A program made the translations under genes and the position numbers. Source: a bacterium (lineage in GTDB: Bacteria > Zhuqueibacterota > Zhuqueibacteria > Zhuqueibacterales > Zhuqueibacteraceae). From it: 50,976 bases of DNA. Position 1 is the first letter of the stretch. Each line of letters begins with the position of its first letter. The notes under the pieces are model-generated. The model was not told the DNA's origin, did no database searches, and saw nothing but the letters and a program-made list of their open reading frames with translations. Location of the stretch: contig JBIOXB010000243.1 of the NCBI GenBank assembly GCA_044869275.1, positions 1 through 50,976 of the forward strand, read 5' to 3'. This document shows positions 39,246 through 48,221 of the stretch, piece by piece.

Positions 39246-39416
39246 GAGAGTTCTTATTTTGTTGATTGCAACTCCAGGTGCAAGCGCGGGCCTGAGCCGC
39301 TATATGGCATAAGGCACTCAAAGTCGGAACAAAATTCTGATCAAAGAAAGAAACGGTCGCGCAGCGGTTTCCGTATTCAGCTTGATGGAGAGTGCGCGAA
39401 CGATCGAACGTTTTAG

Positions 39417-39547
39417 CAGGATACTGAAAAACTCTTTTAGATGTCATACCCGCGAAAGCGGGTATCCAGAAAATCCAACAAAATCATGGATTCCCGCTTT
39501 CGCGGGAATGACAAATCAGAGCAATTCGAGGCTTTTTCAGCATCGTG
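39417..39547. mobile_element. REP-doublet/MITE-like element
   Basis: Inner inverted pair TGTCATACCCGCGAAAGCGGGTATCCA / TGGATTCCCGCTTTCGCGGGAATGACA; outer imperfect IR CAGGATACTGAAAAA / TTTTTCAGCATCGTG. Confidence 0.7.
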
Positions 39548-39567
39548 TTAGGACGGCAAGAACGAAA

Positions 39568-41313
39568 TCAAGACCGTTCTCTTTCCGTGCGCGGCCGTGG
39601 GTCTCCGTGGCGGAAGACAAACGGCATAAAAAGGTGAAACACACTTCCCTTGTGATATTCACTCTCCACCCCGACCGCCCCACCGTGCGCTTCTGCAATT
39701 AATTTTACATAGCTCAGACCCAGCCCAAAACCTTTCACGTCGTGGAGGTTGCCGGTCGGCACGCGATAGTATTTATCAAACACCAATTTCTGGTCTTCCG
39801 GGCGCAGGCCGATGCCATTGTCGGCAACCCTGATGTGTACGCCGCGCTCGTCGCTTTCGGTGCCAACGCTAATGCGGGGCGTGGCGCGTGTGTACTTGTT
39901 GGCATTGTCGAGCAGATTGTGGACCATGTTTGCCAGGTGCACGGCATCCGCCTCGATCAATGTCTTCGTGGCGCAAAATTGCCGGAGGATCTCGCCTTTG
40001 CGTTTCTCGACTTGCACGGCGAAGGTGTGGATGAGCTCAGTCAGAAGCTGATGCACGTCGATTTTGCTCAATTGGAGCTCGTACTCTCCCTCTTCCAAAA
40101 CCGCCATTTGCAATATCTTTTCCACCTGGCTGCGCATGCGCTGCGCTTCGTCGAGAATAACGCCGCTGTAACGTTGAATCTTGTCGCGATCGTGCAAGAC
40201 TTGCGGGTTTTTGAATGCTTCGCTCGCCAGGGCAATGGTCGAAATCGGCGTTTTGAACTCGTGTGTCATGTTGTTGATGAACTGCGTGAGCCGTTGCGCG
40301 AATAGCTTTTGCTGGAACAGCGTGCGCAGTGTATAGACGAAGCACAGGGCAATGAGCGACAACAAGACGCAAACCGAGGCGAGCAGCCAGCCGTTTTGCT
40401 TCAAGAGAAAAATATTTTCCTCGGGGAAATGCAGCAGCAGCTCGTGGCGCGGATAAAACGGATCGCTGGGAAACAAGCGTGCGCGAAAAGATGTGGCTTG
40501 CAATGCCGCACGATCGTGCGCGGACGCTGCAAATTTCAGCGAATCGACTGGTCCGGAACGGTCTAGTATGCCATAGGCGTAAGCGAGATGCAATCCGTGT
40601 TCTGCCATTACCGTGCGCACGATCGAGTCCAGCACTGCGGCTTGGAGGCGTGCTTCGATCGGCTCGCGTTGGATCAGCGTCAGCTCATCCAGCACCTGGT
40701 CGATGATCTTTTCGCGCCTTTCATGCGTAAACCAGCCCGCATGGTTTTGCTGCTGTGCGGCGGCCATGAAGACCACGTCGTACGTCGAACTGTCGGAGCC
40801 GAGATTGAAATTATAAAAGAAGTCGCCGGCCGGCGCTTGCGTGCTGTCCAGCACAAAATCGTATGTACCCGCCGGCTTCATTTCGTCAATAATCGCCTGC
40901 CTGGGCTGGCCCAGGCTGTCCAAAATGCGCAAGCGCACGCGCTTGGGAGCGTTGAGCGTAAACGAGAATTTGCGCGTGTGAGGATCGAACTGCACGGGCG
41001 GGGGCAGCGGGCGGCGCCATGCCCTCGCGCTGTCGGCGATCACCAAGCTGTCGTCCTCGAGGTGTGCCTGCACCGCCAGCACGCGGCGATCCTGCACCGG
41101 CCGCACGATGGCGCTGAACATGCGCGATACGGTTTCACGATCTTCCAGCTTGCTCACGATGCTGCTCAAAGCCGCATTGACGCTCTGCGTATGCGCCTGC
41201 CGGGCGAGCGCGAAGGCTTTTTGGAGCAGAATGATTTGCACCCCCACCATGCCGATCAGCGCAGCGGTGATCAATGCGATGATCGCCGTCATGGTTTTCT
41301 GCTTGCGTTCCAT
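39568..41313 (-). CDS. Sensor histidine kinase (RprX-like) with a FlgD/T9SS-tail-like Ig insert in the periplasmic region
   Basis: Two TM helices; FINNMTHEFKTPI H-box; NLLDNANKY, DNGIG, KGFGLGL boxes. Start placed at MERKQK (41313). Confidence 0.93.
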   Translation of the reverse strand: MERKQKTMTAIIALITAALIGMVGVQIILLQKAFALARQAHTQSVNAALSSIVSKLEDRETVSRMFSAIVRPVQDRRVLAVQAHLEDDSLVIADSARAWRRPLPPPVQFDPHTRKFSFTLNAPKRVRLRILDSLGQPRQAIIDEMKPAGTYDFVLDSTQAPAGDFFYNFNLGSDSSTYDVVFMAAAQQQNHAGWFTHERREKIIDQVLDELTLIQREPIEARLQAAVLDSIVRTVMAEHGLHLAYAYGILDRSGPVDSLKFAASAHDRAALQATSFRARLFPSDPFYPRHELLLHFPEENIFLLKQNGWLLASVCVLLSLIALCFVYTLRTLFQQKLFAQRLTQFINNMTHEFKTPISTIALASEAFKNPQVLHDRDKIQRYSGVILDEAQRMRSQVEKILQMAVLEEGEYELQLSKIDVHQLLTELIHTFAVQVEKRKGEILRQFCATKTLIEADAVHLANMVHNLLDNANKYTRATPRISVGTESDERGVHIRVADNGIGLRPEDQKLVFDKYYRVPTGNLHDVKGFGLGLSYVKLIAEAHGGAVGVESEYHKGSVFHLFMPFVFRHGDPRPRTERERS

Positions 41314-41353
41314 GGCTGGAATATACGTATGGCGCGCACACAAAATCCACCTC

Positions 41354-41379
41354 TTAACAGTTTTTAACACTCGCTAACA
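41354..41379. promoter_or_regulatory. Three (T/C)TAACA direct repeats at 10-bp pitch; candidate OmpR-family binding site
   Basis: TTAACA-gttt-TTAACA-ctcg-CTAACA in the divergent promoter region. Confidence 0.65.
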
Positions 41380-41449
41380 TTAATTGGCTGAGGTACGCTG
41401 AATCATTTTACTATCTTGCACCGTCTTGAGTAGAGCAATCGCCAAGCAT

Positions 41450-41597
41450 TCAGACTGTGTGAAAACTTGGGAATGCCGCACCCTGAGCTTGTCGAAGGGA
41501 GCTTGTCGAAGGGAGCTTGTCGAAGGGTGCTAAGTTCAAAAATCCGGCTTCGACAAGCTCAGCCGGCGTTGAATTCAAGCCTTTTCACACAGTCTGA
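41450..41597. mobile_element. MITE-like element with 16-bp terminal inverted repeats and an internal REP-like hairpin
   Basis: TCAGACTGTGTGAAAA ... TTTTCACACAGTCTGA; three tandem GAGCTTGTCGAAGG units (41485-41526) and the complement CTTCGACAAGCTCAG (41548-41562). Confidence 0.8.
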
Positions 41598-41620
41598 TTC
41601 ATTCTGAAAGGAAAATTCGC

Positions 41621-42421
41621 ATGCACGTGTTCAACAAAGCCTTGACAAATTTCCTGGCGCTTTCCCTTACCGCCGCTCCTGTGCTCGCACAACAGGTGAA
41701 GATGTTCCAGGCCGGAGAAGTTTTCAATCTTCCTGAAATCGGCGCCGTAGTTGCGCAGGAAGATGATCAAATCAAAATCTTGGCCGCGCTGCCCGAAGAC
41801 CGGCGGGTCAAAGCATACACCGGTGTAGATCTCCAAGAAGGCGACCTCATTCTCTTTTTCAATGGCAAACGCCTCAAGAGTGTGAAAGAATTTGAACAAA
41901 ACTACACGGCGCTGGCGATCGGGGACACCGTTCAAATTGGCTTGCGGCGCAAGGACGACCGGTTGATCGCCGCTTTTGCAAAGGCCGATCCCAAGAGCCT
42001 GCCCACGCCGCAAATGAAAAAACTAATGATCGGCCCGGACGGCAGGGTCACGACGACGGATTTCTCCGGCGGCACAGGGCCCAGCGTAACGAAAACACTC
42101 GACGCCAATGCCTCAGAGATTACGCCGGTGATGGCCATGGGCACCGTGATCGGCAGCGTGGACGGCAAAGTGAAGATTCTCGACAAGCTTCCGATTGCGG
42201 TTAAAGAACTGGAGAATGTCGATCTCCAGGAAGGCGACGCCCTGCAATCGCTCAACGGCCAAAAGATCACGACTGCGGGGCAGTTTAATGAGGATTTTGA
42301 AAAACTCGCCGTAGGTGCAAAAGTGGAACTACAGTTCTTGCGCCATGGCAAAACCATGACGATTTCATTCAGCAAGCCGCAGGCGCAGGGCCGGGTGATG
42401 ATCAAAACCAGCAACGATTGA
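41621..42421 (+). CDS. Exported tandem-PDZ protein without a protease domain
   Basis: Signal peptide ending PVLA; two repeats VDLQEGD.I/L...NG....LA.G..V...R. Confidence 0.8.
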   Translation: MHVFNKALTNFLALSLTAAPVLAQQVKMFQAGEVFNLPEIGAVVAQEDDQIKILAALPEDRRVKAYTGVDLQEGDLILFFNGKRLKSVKEFEQNYTALAIGDTVQIGLRRKDDRLIAAFAKADPKSLPTPQMKKLMIGPDGRVTTTDFSGGTGPSVTKTLDANASEITPVMAMGTVIGSVDGKVKILDKLPIAVKELENVDLQEGDALQSLNGQKITTAGQFNEDFEKLAVGAKVELQFLRHGKTMTISFSKPQAQGRVMIKTSND

Positions 42422-42430
42422 ACGGGCAAA

Positions 42431-44152
42431 ATGCAAAGCGCGGAAAGACCCATACTCCTGGTTGCATGCCTGGTTTTGTGGTGGCAGAATGCCGGCGCAT
42501 CTTTTCAGGCGGCGGCTCCGGACGAATTGGCACGCAGGCTCGACGATTATTTGGCGCGCTTGGAGCGGTTCGGTTTTTCGGGGGCGGTGCTGGCGGCAAA
42601 AAAAGATGAGATCATTTTGAACAAAGGCTACGGTTGGGCAGACAAAGAAAACGCCATTGCCAACTCCGCCGAAACGGTATTCAGCACCGGCTCGATTACC
42701 AAACAATTCACTGCGGCTGCCATCCTCAAACTGGAAATGCAGCACAAACTCAAAACCAACGACGCCCTCAGCAAATATCTTGCGAATGTGCCGGAGGACA
42801 AACGCGCGATCACGCTGCATCATTTGCTCTCGCACACCTCGGGCCTCGCCGCGGACGAGGGCGGGGGCGCAGCTCCGGATCGCGAGCAGTTTGTGCGAGA
42901 AACGCTCCAGCGGCCCTTGCAATCCACCCCAGGCGAAAACTTTGAATATTCCAACGCCGGCTATGGCCTTTTGGCGGCCATCATTGAAGAAGTGAGTGGA
43001 CAAACTTACGAGCAGTATTTGCGGGAAAATCTTTTCAAACCTGCCGGCATGCTCGCCACAGGCTATCGCATGCCACAATGGGACGCGCCGCGCGTGGCGC
43101 ATTGGTATGTTGGAGAGATTGACCATGGTTCACCGCTTCGACGGCCTTTTCCGAATTGGACCACGCTCGGCAGCGGCGAAATTTTATCCACGACAACGGA
43201 CATGTTCAAGTGGCATCAAGCGCTGTTGGGCGATACGATGCTTTCGGCGGCCGCCAAGAAAAAGTTATATACTCCGGTTCTACACACGTATGCTTACGGT
43301 TGGGACATCACGCCCACTCCGTTCGGCACGATGATCCACCACGACGGCGGCAACACTTTGGGTGTGGGCGCCGACTTCCGGCGCTTTGTCGAAGCAGGAG
43401 TGGTGATCATCGCCTTCTGCAATGACCGCGGCGAAACAATGCTCTTGGGCGAGACGCGCAAAAATATTACCAGAATTGTACTGGGCAAGGAAGTGGAAAT
43501 GCCGCCCGCTGTTGCGGCAATAGACACTGCGGCATTGGGGAAGTATGAAGGGAATTTCAGCTTGCCCTCCGGCGCAAAGATCGATGTTGCCAAAAGAGGT
43601 CGTGCGCTCGTGCTCAGCGGCGAAGGCCAGGAGGCCGTGAGCTTGCTCGCCACTGGAGATTCAAGCACCACCCAAATTTTGAGGGAAAAGAATGCGCTGG
43701 TGATGAATCTCATCAAAGCCAGCGCCGAGGGCAATCATCGTCCGGTTTTCGAGGCTTTCAAAGACGCGCTGACGTTCGAGGCGGTGCAAAAACGGCAAAG
43801 CCAATCGTGGCGGGAATGGCGCGAAAATATGGGTGAATACAAGAGCTGCCGCGTTTTAGGCACATTGGCGGAAGGCGAAGAAGATCAGTTGACGTATGCT
43901 CGCCTCGATTTTGAGCGCGGCGTTGTGTTCCTACGGTTCTTCTGGGGCCCGTTTCGCCTTGCGGGAATTCGTCCGGTTGCGGCACCCGCGGGCAAAGGAT
44001 TTTTCCATGAATCAGCGAACGTCTTTGTCTCTTTTGACATCCCCTCTGCACGCACGACGCGTTTGCGATTCAATGTGAATGAAAAGGGCGCGGTGGCGGG
44101 CCTAGCCCTTGCCTGTAAGGGCGGCGAGTTTGTTGCCGGCAAGAACCCATGA
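42431..44152 (+). CDS. Serine hydrolase, beta-lactamase/AmpC-like family
   Basis: Signal peptide; SITK (SxxK), LLSHTSGL, YSN, HDG; about 200-aa C-terminal extension. Confidence 0.92.
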   Translation: MQSAERPILLVACLVLWWQNAGASFQAAAPDELARRLDDYLARLERFGFSGAVLAAKKDEIILNKGYGWADKENAIANSAETVFSTGSITKQFTAAAILKLEMQHKLKTNDALSKYLANVPEDKRAITLHHLLSHTSGLAADEGGGAAPDREQFVRETLQRPLQSTPGENFEYSNAGYGLLAAIIEEVSGQTYEQYLRENLFKPAGMLATGYRMPQWDAPRVAHWYVGEIDHGSPLRRPFPNWTTLGSGEILSTTTDMFKWHQALLGDTMLSAAAKKKLYTPVLHTYAYGWDITPTPFGTMIHHDGGNTLGVGADFRRFVEAGVVIIAFCNDRGETMLLGETRKNITRIVLGKEVEMPPAVAAIDTAALGKYEGNFSLPSGAKIDVAKRGRALVLSGEGQEAVSLLATGDSSTTQILREKNALVMNLIKASAEGNHRPVFEAFKDALTFEAVQKRQSQSWREWRENMGEYKSCRVLGTLAEGEEDQLTYARLDFERGVVFLRFFWGPFRLAGIRPVAAPAGKGFFHESANVFVSFDIPSARTTRLRFNVNEKGAVAGLALACKGGEFVAGKNP

Positions 44153-45720
44153 AAAATCGATTTAGTCTCGTTGAACGAATTGATAGGACCATGACCACCG
44201 CTATTCGCATTGCCAGCCGTAGATCAATCTTCGCGCAACTTGTTTTGTTGGCGTGCTGGCTGGGAGCAATAATACCGGCGCAGCGAGCCGCGGCCCAGGT
44301 GAATTACAACCAGCGCGACGATCAATACCGCCTGCTCGGCCTGAAGCGCGCCAAAGAGGCCTACGAAGTCGCGCGCGCGGAGCACGAGCGCCAAAAAAAC
44401 CTGTTTCAAAAAGGCTTGATCTCTCAGGTGGAATTGAACAGCGCGCGCAATCGCTTTGCAGACGCCGAAGTCAACTACCAGCAATCTTTGCTCGCGGTAT
44501 TGTTCGAAAAACAATACGTCTCGGTCAATCGCGCGGTGAAATCTCAGGACAAAATCGGCCGCAAGCGCGTGCGTGTGCAACTGGCCAACACCTCCGGCGG
44601 CTCCGCGGAGTTTCGCAAATTGGTGAATCTCGATGATGAGTTGTTTCGCTCCTTGCAGCCGGAGATCATCAATGACGTTTATGTTTCGCTGATGAACGAT
44701 CAAAACACGATTATCAGCAATCCCTATGAACGCAAGATTGAAGAACTGGAATTCGGCAAACCCGTCGAGCTTGACTTCGAGCTGCTGCAAGATTTGGATG
44801 CGGTCACGGTGAGCATCACTTATGGCAGTGGCACGCAACGCACACCGAAAATCTTCCTGCAAAAAGACCATCGCGCCAACAAGGTCATTTTGCAATCCGA
44901 GCAGTTCTCGCAGGAGGCGGAGTTGGGCGGCTCGGCGACTTTCACGTTGAGCCTCGAGTTGTTTAGCGGCGTGAACAACACCTTCAAGCTCGAGGTGGTG
45001 AATTTACCACGGCAGGTCACGCGCTATTTCACCGACCCGGCGAGCCAGGCGCGCCTGAGCCAGTTTAAATTCACGGAAAGTTCGAATACTCGCCGCGCCG
45101 CGTTGCAAGTGTTTTTGCCCGATCGCCCCAGCGACGAAGTCGTGATGGACAAGCCGATTCCGTTTTACGTACTGGTCGTGCCGCAAGAACAAGCGCAAGG
45201 CTTCAATGTCGCGAACGGCAAAATCTGGAGCCCGGAAGAAATCGAAAAGCTGAACGTGGGTAGCATACGTTTAGAGTTGGTGCCGGCGGGCAAAGGTAAG
45301 TTGCTGGTGCGCGCGCCGCAGCTTTTCTTCACCAGCAAAGCCGGGCAGCCGACCTCGTTCAACATTGACGTCATCAACGAAGGCACACGCCGGCTCGACA
45401 ACATCATGGTACAAGTCGACGCGCCAATGAATTGGCAAAAAAATATCGCGCCTGCAGTGATTTCAGCCTTGAGTATTGCGGACGAAAAACGTGTGACCAT
45501 TACAGTGCAGCCGCCGGCTGGCATTTCCGCCGGGCGTTACGAAATTCGCGTGCGCATCAACGCGCTTTCGGACAATCAGCCGGTGATCGCCGAGGACAAA
45601 TCCTTCACCATCGAGATTCAATCGGAAGCCAATCTGTGGGGGATGGCTTTGATCACCATGCTGGTAATCGGGTTGGTGCTGGGGATCGTGGTGTTCGGGG
45701 TGAAGCTGTCGCGGAGGTAG
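44149..45720 (+). CDS. NEW3/Ig-like domain protein with an N-terminal MFP-like helical hairpin and a C-terminal TM anchor
   Basis: Signal-like segment; ERQKNLFQKGLISQVELNSAR hairpin; NEW3-like VINEGTRRLDNI.V.VDAPMNW...PPAGISAGRY; C-terminal TM followed by KLSRR. The start may be 44191. Confidence 0.75.
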   Translation: MKNRFSLVERIDRTMTTAIRIASRRSIFAQLVLLACWLGAIIPAQRAAAQVNYNQRDDQYRLLGLKRAKEAYEVARAEHERQKNLFQKGLISQVELNSARNRFADAEVNYQQSLLAVLFEKQYVSVNRAVKSQDKIGRKRVRVQLANTSGGSAEFRKLVNLDDELFRSLQPEIINDVYVSLMNDQNTIISNPYERKIEELEFGKPVELDFELLQDLDAVTVSITYGSGTQRTPKIFLQKDHRANKVILQSEQFSQEAELGGSATFTLSLELFSGVNNTFKLEVVNLPRQVTRYFTDPASQARLSQFKFTESSNTRRAALQVFLPDRPSDEVVMDKPIPFYVLVVPQEQAQGFNVANGKIWSPEEIEKLNVGSIRLELVPAGKGKLLVRAPQLFFTSKAGQPTSFNIDVINEGTRRLDNIMVQVDAPMNWQKNIAPAVISALSIADEKRVTITVQPPAGISAGRYEIRVRINALSDNQPVIAEDKSFTIEIQSEANLWGMALITMLVIGLVLGIVVFGVKLSRR

Positions 45721-45822
45721 TTTGTGGATAGTGGTTAGTAGATAGTAGATTGTGGATCGAAGATCGATCACCATCCACGATCCACTATCAATAATCCACG
45801 ATCTACTATCAACCATCTACGA
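45721..45822. repeat. Inverted repeat with 7-nt-period arms
   Basis: GATAGTG/GATAGTA/GATTGTG units, then CCACGAT/CCACTAT/CTACTAT units. Confidence 0.8.
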
Positions 45823-45850
45823 TTTTTCAAAGAGAGGATACTGAAAGACA

Positions 45851-46600
45851 ATGCCATCATCAAAGAACGGCCACGCCATGCTCGAAGCCGCCGATCTCAC
45901 CAAACGTTACGAGGACCGTGTGCTGGGATTGGATCACGTTTCCTTCGCCGTCCCTCCCGGCCAAATTTACGCCATGCTGGGAGCGAACGGCGCGGGCAAA
46001 ACCACGACGATTAATCTCTTCCTGAATTTCATCGATCCCACCGCCGGCGAGGCGCGCATTGACGGCGTGGTCACGCACCGCGAGCCACTGGAGGCGAAAA
46101 AACGCGTGGCGTATGTTTCGGAAAACGTCATGCTCTATTTGCAATTCACCGCGCTGCAGAATCTGGATTATTTCGCGCGGCTGGGCGGCAAAACGAATTA
46201 TAGCAAGGATGACTATCGCAGAGTTTTGCTGCGCGTCGGTTTGCAGGAAGAGGCGCATCACAAGCGTTTGAAAGGTTTTTCCAAAGGCATGCGCCAGAAA
46301 TGCGGCATCGCCATCGCCATGCTGAAAGACGCGCCCGCGATTTTGCTGGATGAGCCGACGTCTGGGCTCGACCCGCAAGCCGCGTTCGAATTCATTCGTT
46401 TGTTGCGGGAATTGCGCGAAGAGGGTAAAGCCATTCTCCTGTCCACCCATGACATATTTCGCGCAAAAGAACTGGCCGACACCGTCGGCATCATGAATGC
46501 CGGCCGGCTGGTGATGCAACGCACGCGCGATGAGCTAGCCGGCGAGGATCTCGAGAAGCTGTACATGCATTACATTGCGGGGACGAAGGGTGAGGGGTGA
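45851..46600 (+). CDS. ABC transporter ATP-binding protein
   Basis: GANGAGKTT, FSKGMRQK, LLDEPTSGLD, STHD. Confidence 0.95.
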   Translation: MPSSKNGHAMLEAADLTKRYEDRVLGLDHVSFAVPPGQIYAMLGANGAGKTTTINLFLNFIDPTAGEARIDGVVTHREPLEAKKRVAYVSENVMLYLQFTALQNLDYFARLGGKTNYSKDDYRRVLLRVGLQEEAHHKRLKGFSKGMRQKCGIAIAMLKDAPAILLDEPTSGLDPQAAFEFIRLLRELREEGKAILLSTHDIFRAKELADTVGIMNAGRLVMQRTRDELAGEDLEKLYMHYIAGTKGEG

Positions 46601-46676
46601 AGATCGTGGATTGTGGATTGTGGATCGTGGGTTGTCGGTCAAATGTCACGATCTACTATCTACAATCCACGATCCT
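46601..46676. repeat. Inverted repeat with 7-nt-period arms (same family as 45721-45822)
   Basis: GATCGTG GATTGTG GATTGTG GATCGTG ... CACGATC TACTATC TACAATC CACGATC. Confidence 0.85.
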
Positions 46677-46711
46677 CAATAGTTCTGCAACGCAAACGGA
46701 AATAGACAACC

Positions 46712-48127
46712 ATGCTCAAGCTCATCATTGAAAAAGAACTGCGCGAAATCATCGGCTCGATGAAGTTTGCGGTGACGTTCGGCGTCGCGGCCGTGCTCAT
46801 TCTGCTGGCCTTTTACGTTGGCGCGAAGAACTATCAAATGAGCCGGACGCAATATGAAGCCGCAAAGAAAGAAAACCTGCGGCAGATGGAAGGCCAGACC
46901 GATTGGATGATGGTGCGCAATCATCGCATCTTCCTCCCGCCGCAGCCCCTGGCGGTATTGGTCACCGGCATTTCCAACGACATCGGCCGCATCATCGAAG
47001 TGCAGGGCCGGGGCGAGCTCACGGCGCACGAAAGCCGTTTCAATGAAGATCCGATTTTTGCGGTGTTTCGTTTTCTCGATTTGGATTTTATCTTTCAAAT
47101 CGTGCTGTCCTTGTTTGCCATTCTCTTTGCCTATGACGCGATCACCGGGGAGAAAGAACGCGGCACACTGCGGCTGTCTTTTGCGAACCATGTGCCGCGC
47201 AGCACGTTTATACTGGGAAAAATCTTTGGGTCGTTCCTGGCCCTGGCGGTGCCTTTGCTCATCCCGGTCCTGCTCGGCGGCGCGTTGCTGCCGCTTGGGG
47301 GCGCGCCCATGAGCGGCGACGAGTGGACCAAATTGGCGCTGGTTATGCTCGCGGGCCTGCTGTATTTCGGCGTTTTCTTGACGCTGTCGGTTTTCATTTC
47401 GACACTCACCCAGCGTTCGGCACATTCCTTTCTGCTGTTGCTGGTCGCCTGGGTATTTGCCGTTTTGATTGTGCCGCGCGTCTCGGTGCTGGTCGCCGGT
47501 CGTGCCATTGACGTGCCTTCGGTCGATCAAATTGCCGCGCAGAAAAACCGCCTGCGCTCGCTGCTTTGGGCGGAGGACCACAAGCGCATGGCGGAATTCA
47601 AGCCCTCACCCAGCGAGAACCCCCAGGACATGATGAAAGAGTTCAATGCCTTCATGCAAAAAAATGCCGAGGAGCGCGACAACAAGATGCGCGAGCTGAG
47701 CACCCGCTTGAATGAAGAACGGCGCAATCGCCAGCTCGTGCAGGAGCGTTTCGCTTTCGGCCTGGCGCGCCTGTCACCGAGCGCGGCGTTTTCACTGGCG
47801 GCGACCACACTGGCGAGCACTGGGATTCACCTTAAGGAGCATTTTACGAATGAAGCGAACGCTTATCAGCAGTCCTATGCCAGCTTCATCAAAGAAAAAA
47901 CCGGCATGAATCTCGGCGGAGGATTCATTATGATGCGCGTGACTGACGGCGAAGAGCAGGAGAAGAAGCCTATCGATCCGCACGAGCTGCCGGAGTTCGT
48001 GTATCACGAGCAACCGTGGCAGCAAGTGGTCGGCGCGGCCGTGTTCGATCTCGGCGTGCTTGCGCTTTTCAATCTCTTGTTCTTCGCCGGCGCGTTTGTG
48101 GCGTTTCAAAAGTATGATTTGAGATGA
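46712..48127 (+). CDS. ABC-2 type permease with two large extracytoplasmic loops
   Basis: IEKELRE start, YDAITGEKERGTLRL...GK motif, C-terminal FQKYDLR. Confidence 0.9.
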   Translation: MLKLIIEKELREIIGSMKFAVTFGVAAVLILLAFYVGAKNYQMSRTQYEAAKKENLRQMEGQTDWMMVRNHRIFLPPQPLAVLVTGISNDIGRIIEVQGRGELTAHESRFNEDPIFAVFRFLDLDFIFQIVLSLFAILFAYDAITGEKERGTLRLSFANHVPRSTFILGKIFGSFLALAVPLLIPVLLGGALLPLGGAPMSGDEWTKLALVMLAGLLYFGVFLTLSVFISTLTQRSAHSFLLLLVAWVFAVLIVPRVSVLVAGRAIDVPSVDQIAAQKNRLRSLLWAEDHKRMAEFKPSPSENPQDMMKEFNAFMQKNAEERDNKMRELSTRLNEERRNRQLVQERFAFGLARLSPSAAFSLAATTLASTGIHLKEHFTNEANAYQQSYASFIKEKTGMNLGGGFIMMRVTDGEEQEKKPIDPHELPEFVYHEQPWQQVVGAAVFDLGVLALFNLLFFAGAFVAFQKYDLR

Positions 48128-48146
48128 AGCAACCTAAAATTCTGCA

Positions 48147-48203
48147 TTACGCTTTACACTTTACACGTTACACTTCACACGTGTGAAGTGTAACGTGTAA
48201 AGT
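48147..48203. repeat. Heptamer-built element with a perfect 46-bp palindrome
   Basis: ACTTTACACGTTACACTTCACAC (48158-48180) is immediately followed by its exact reverse complement (48181-48203). Confidence 0.9.
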
Positions 48204-48221
48204 TTAACCGGAGCAATCTCC

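Noticed and set aside
41485..41562. Repeated GAGCTTGTCGAAGG units as a mini CRISPR array
   Set aside because: The units are contiguous, only 14 bp, have no spacers, and no cas genes are present.
42431..44152. Antibiotic-resistance beta-lactamase
   Set aside because: The motifs show only the broad serine hydrolase family; substrate cannot be inferred.
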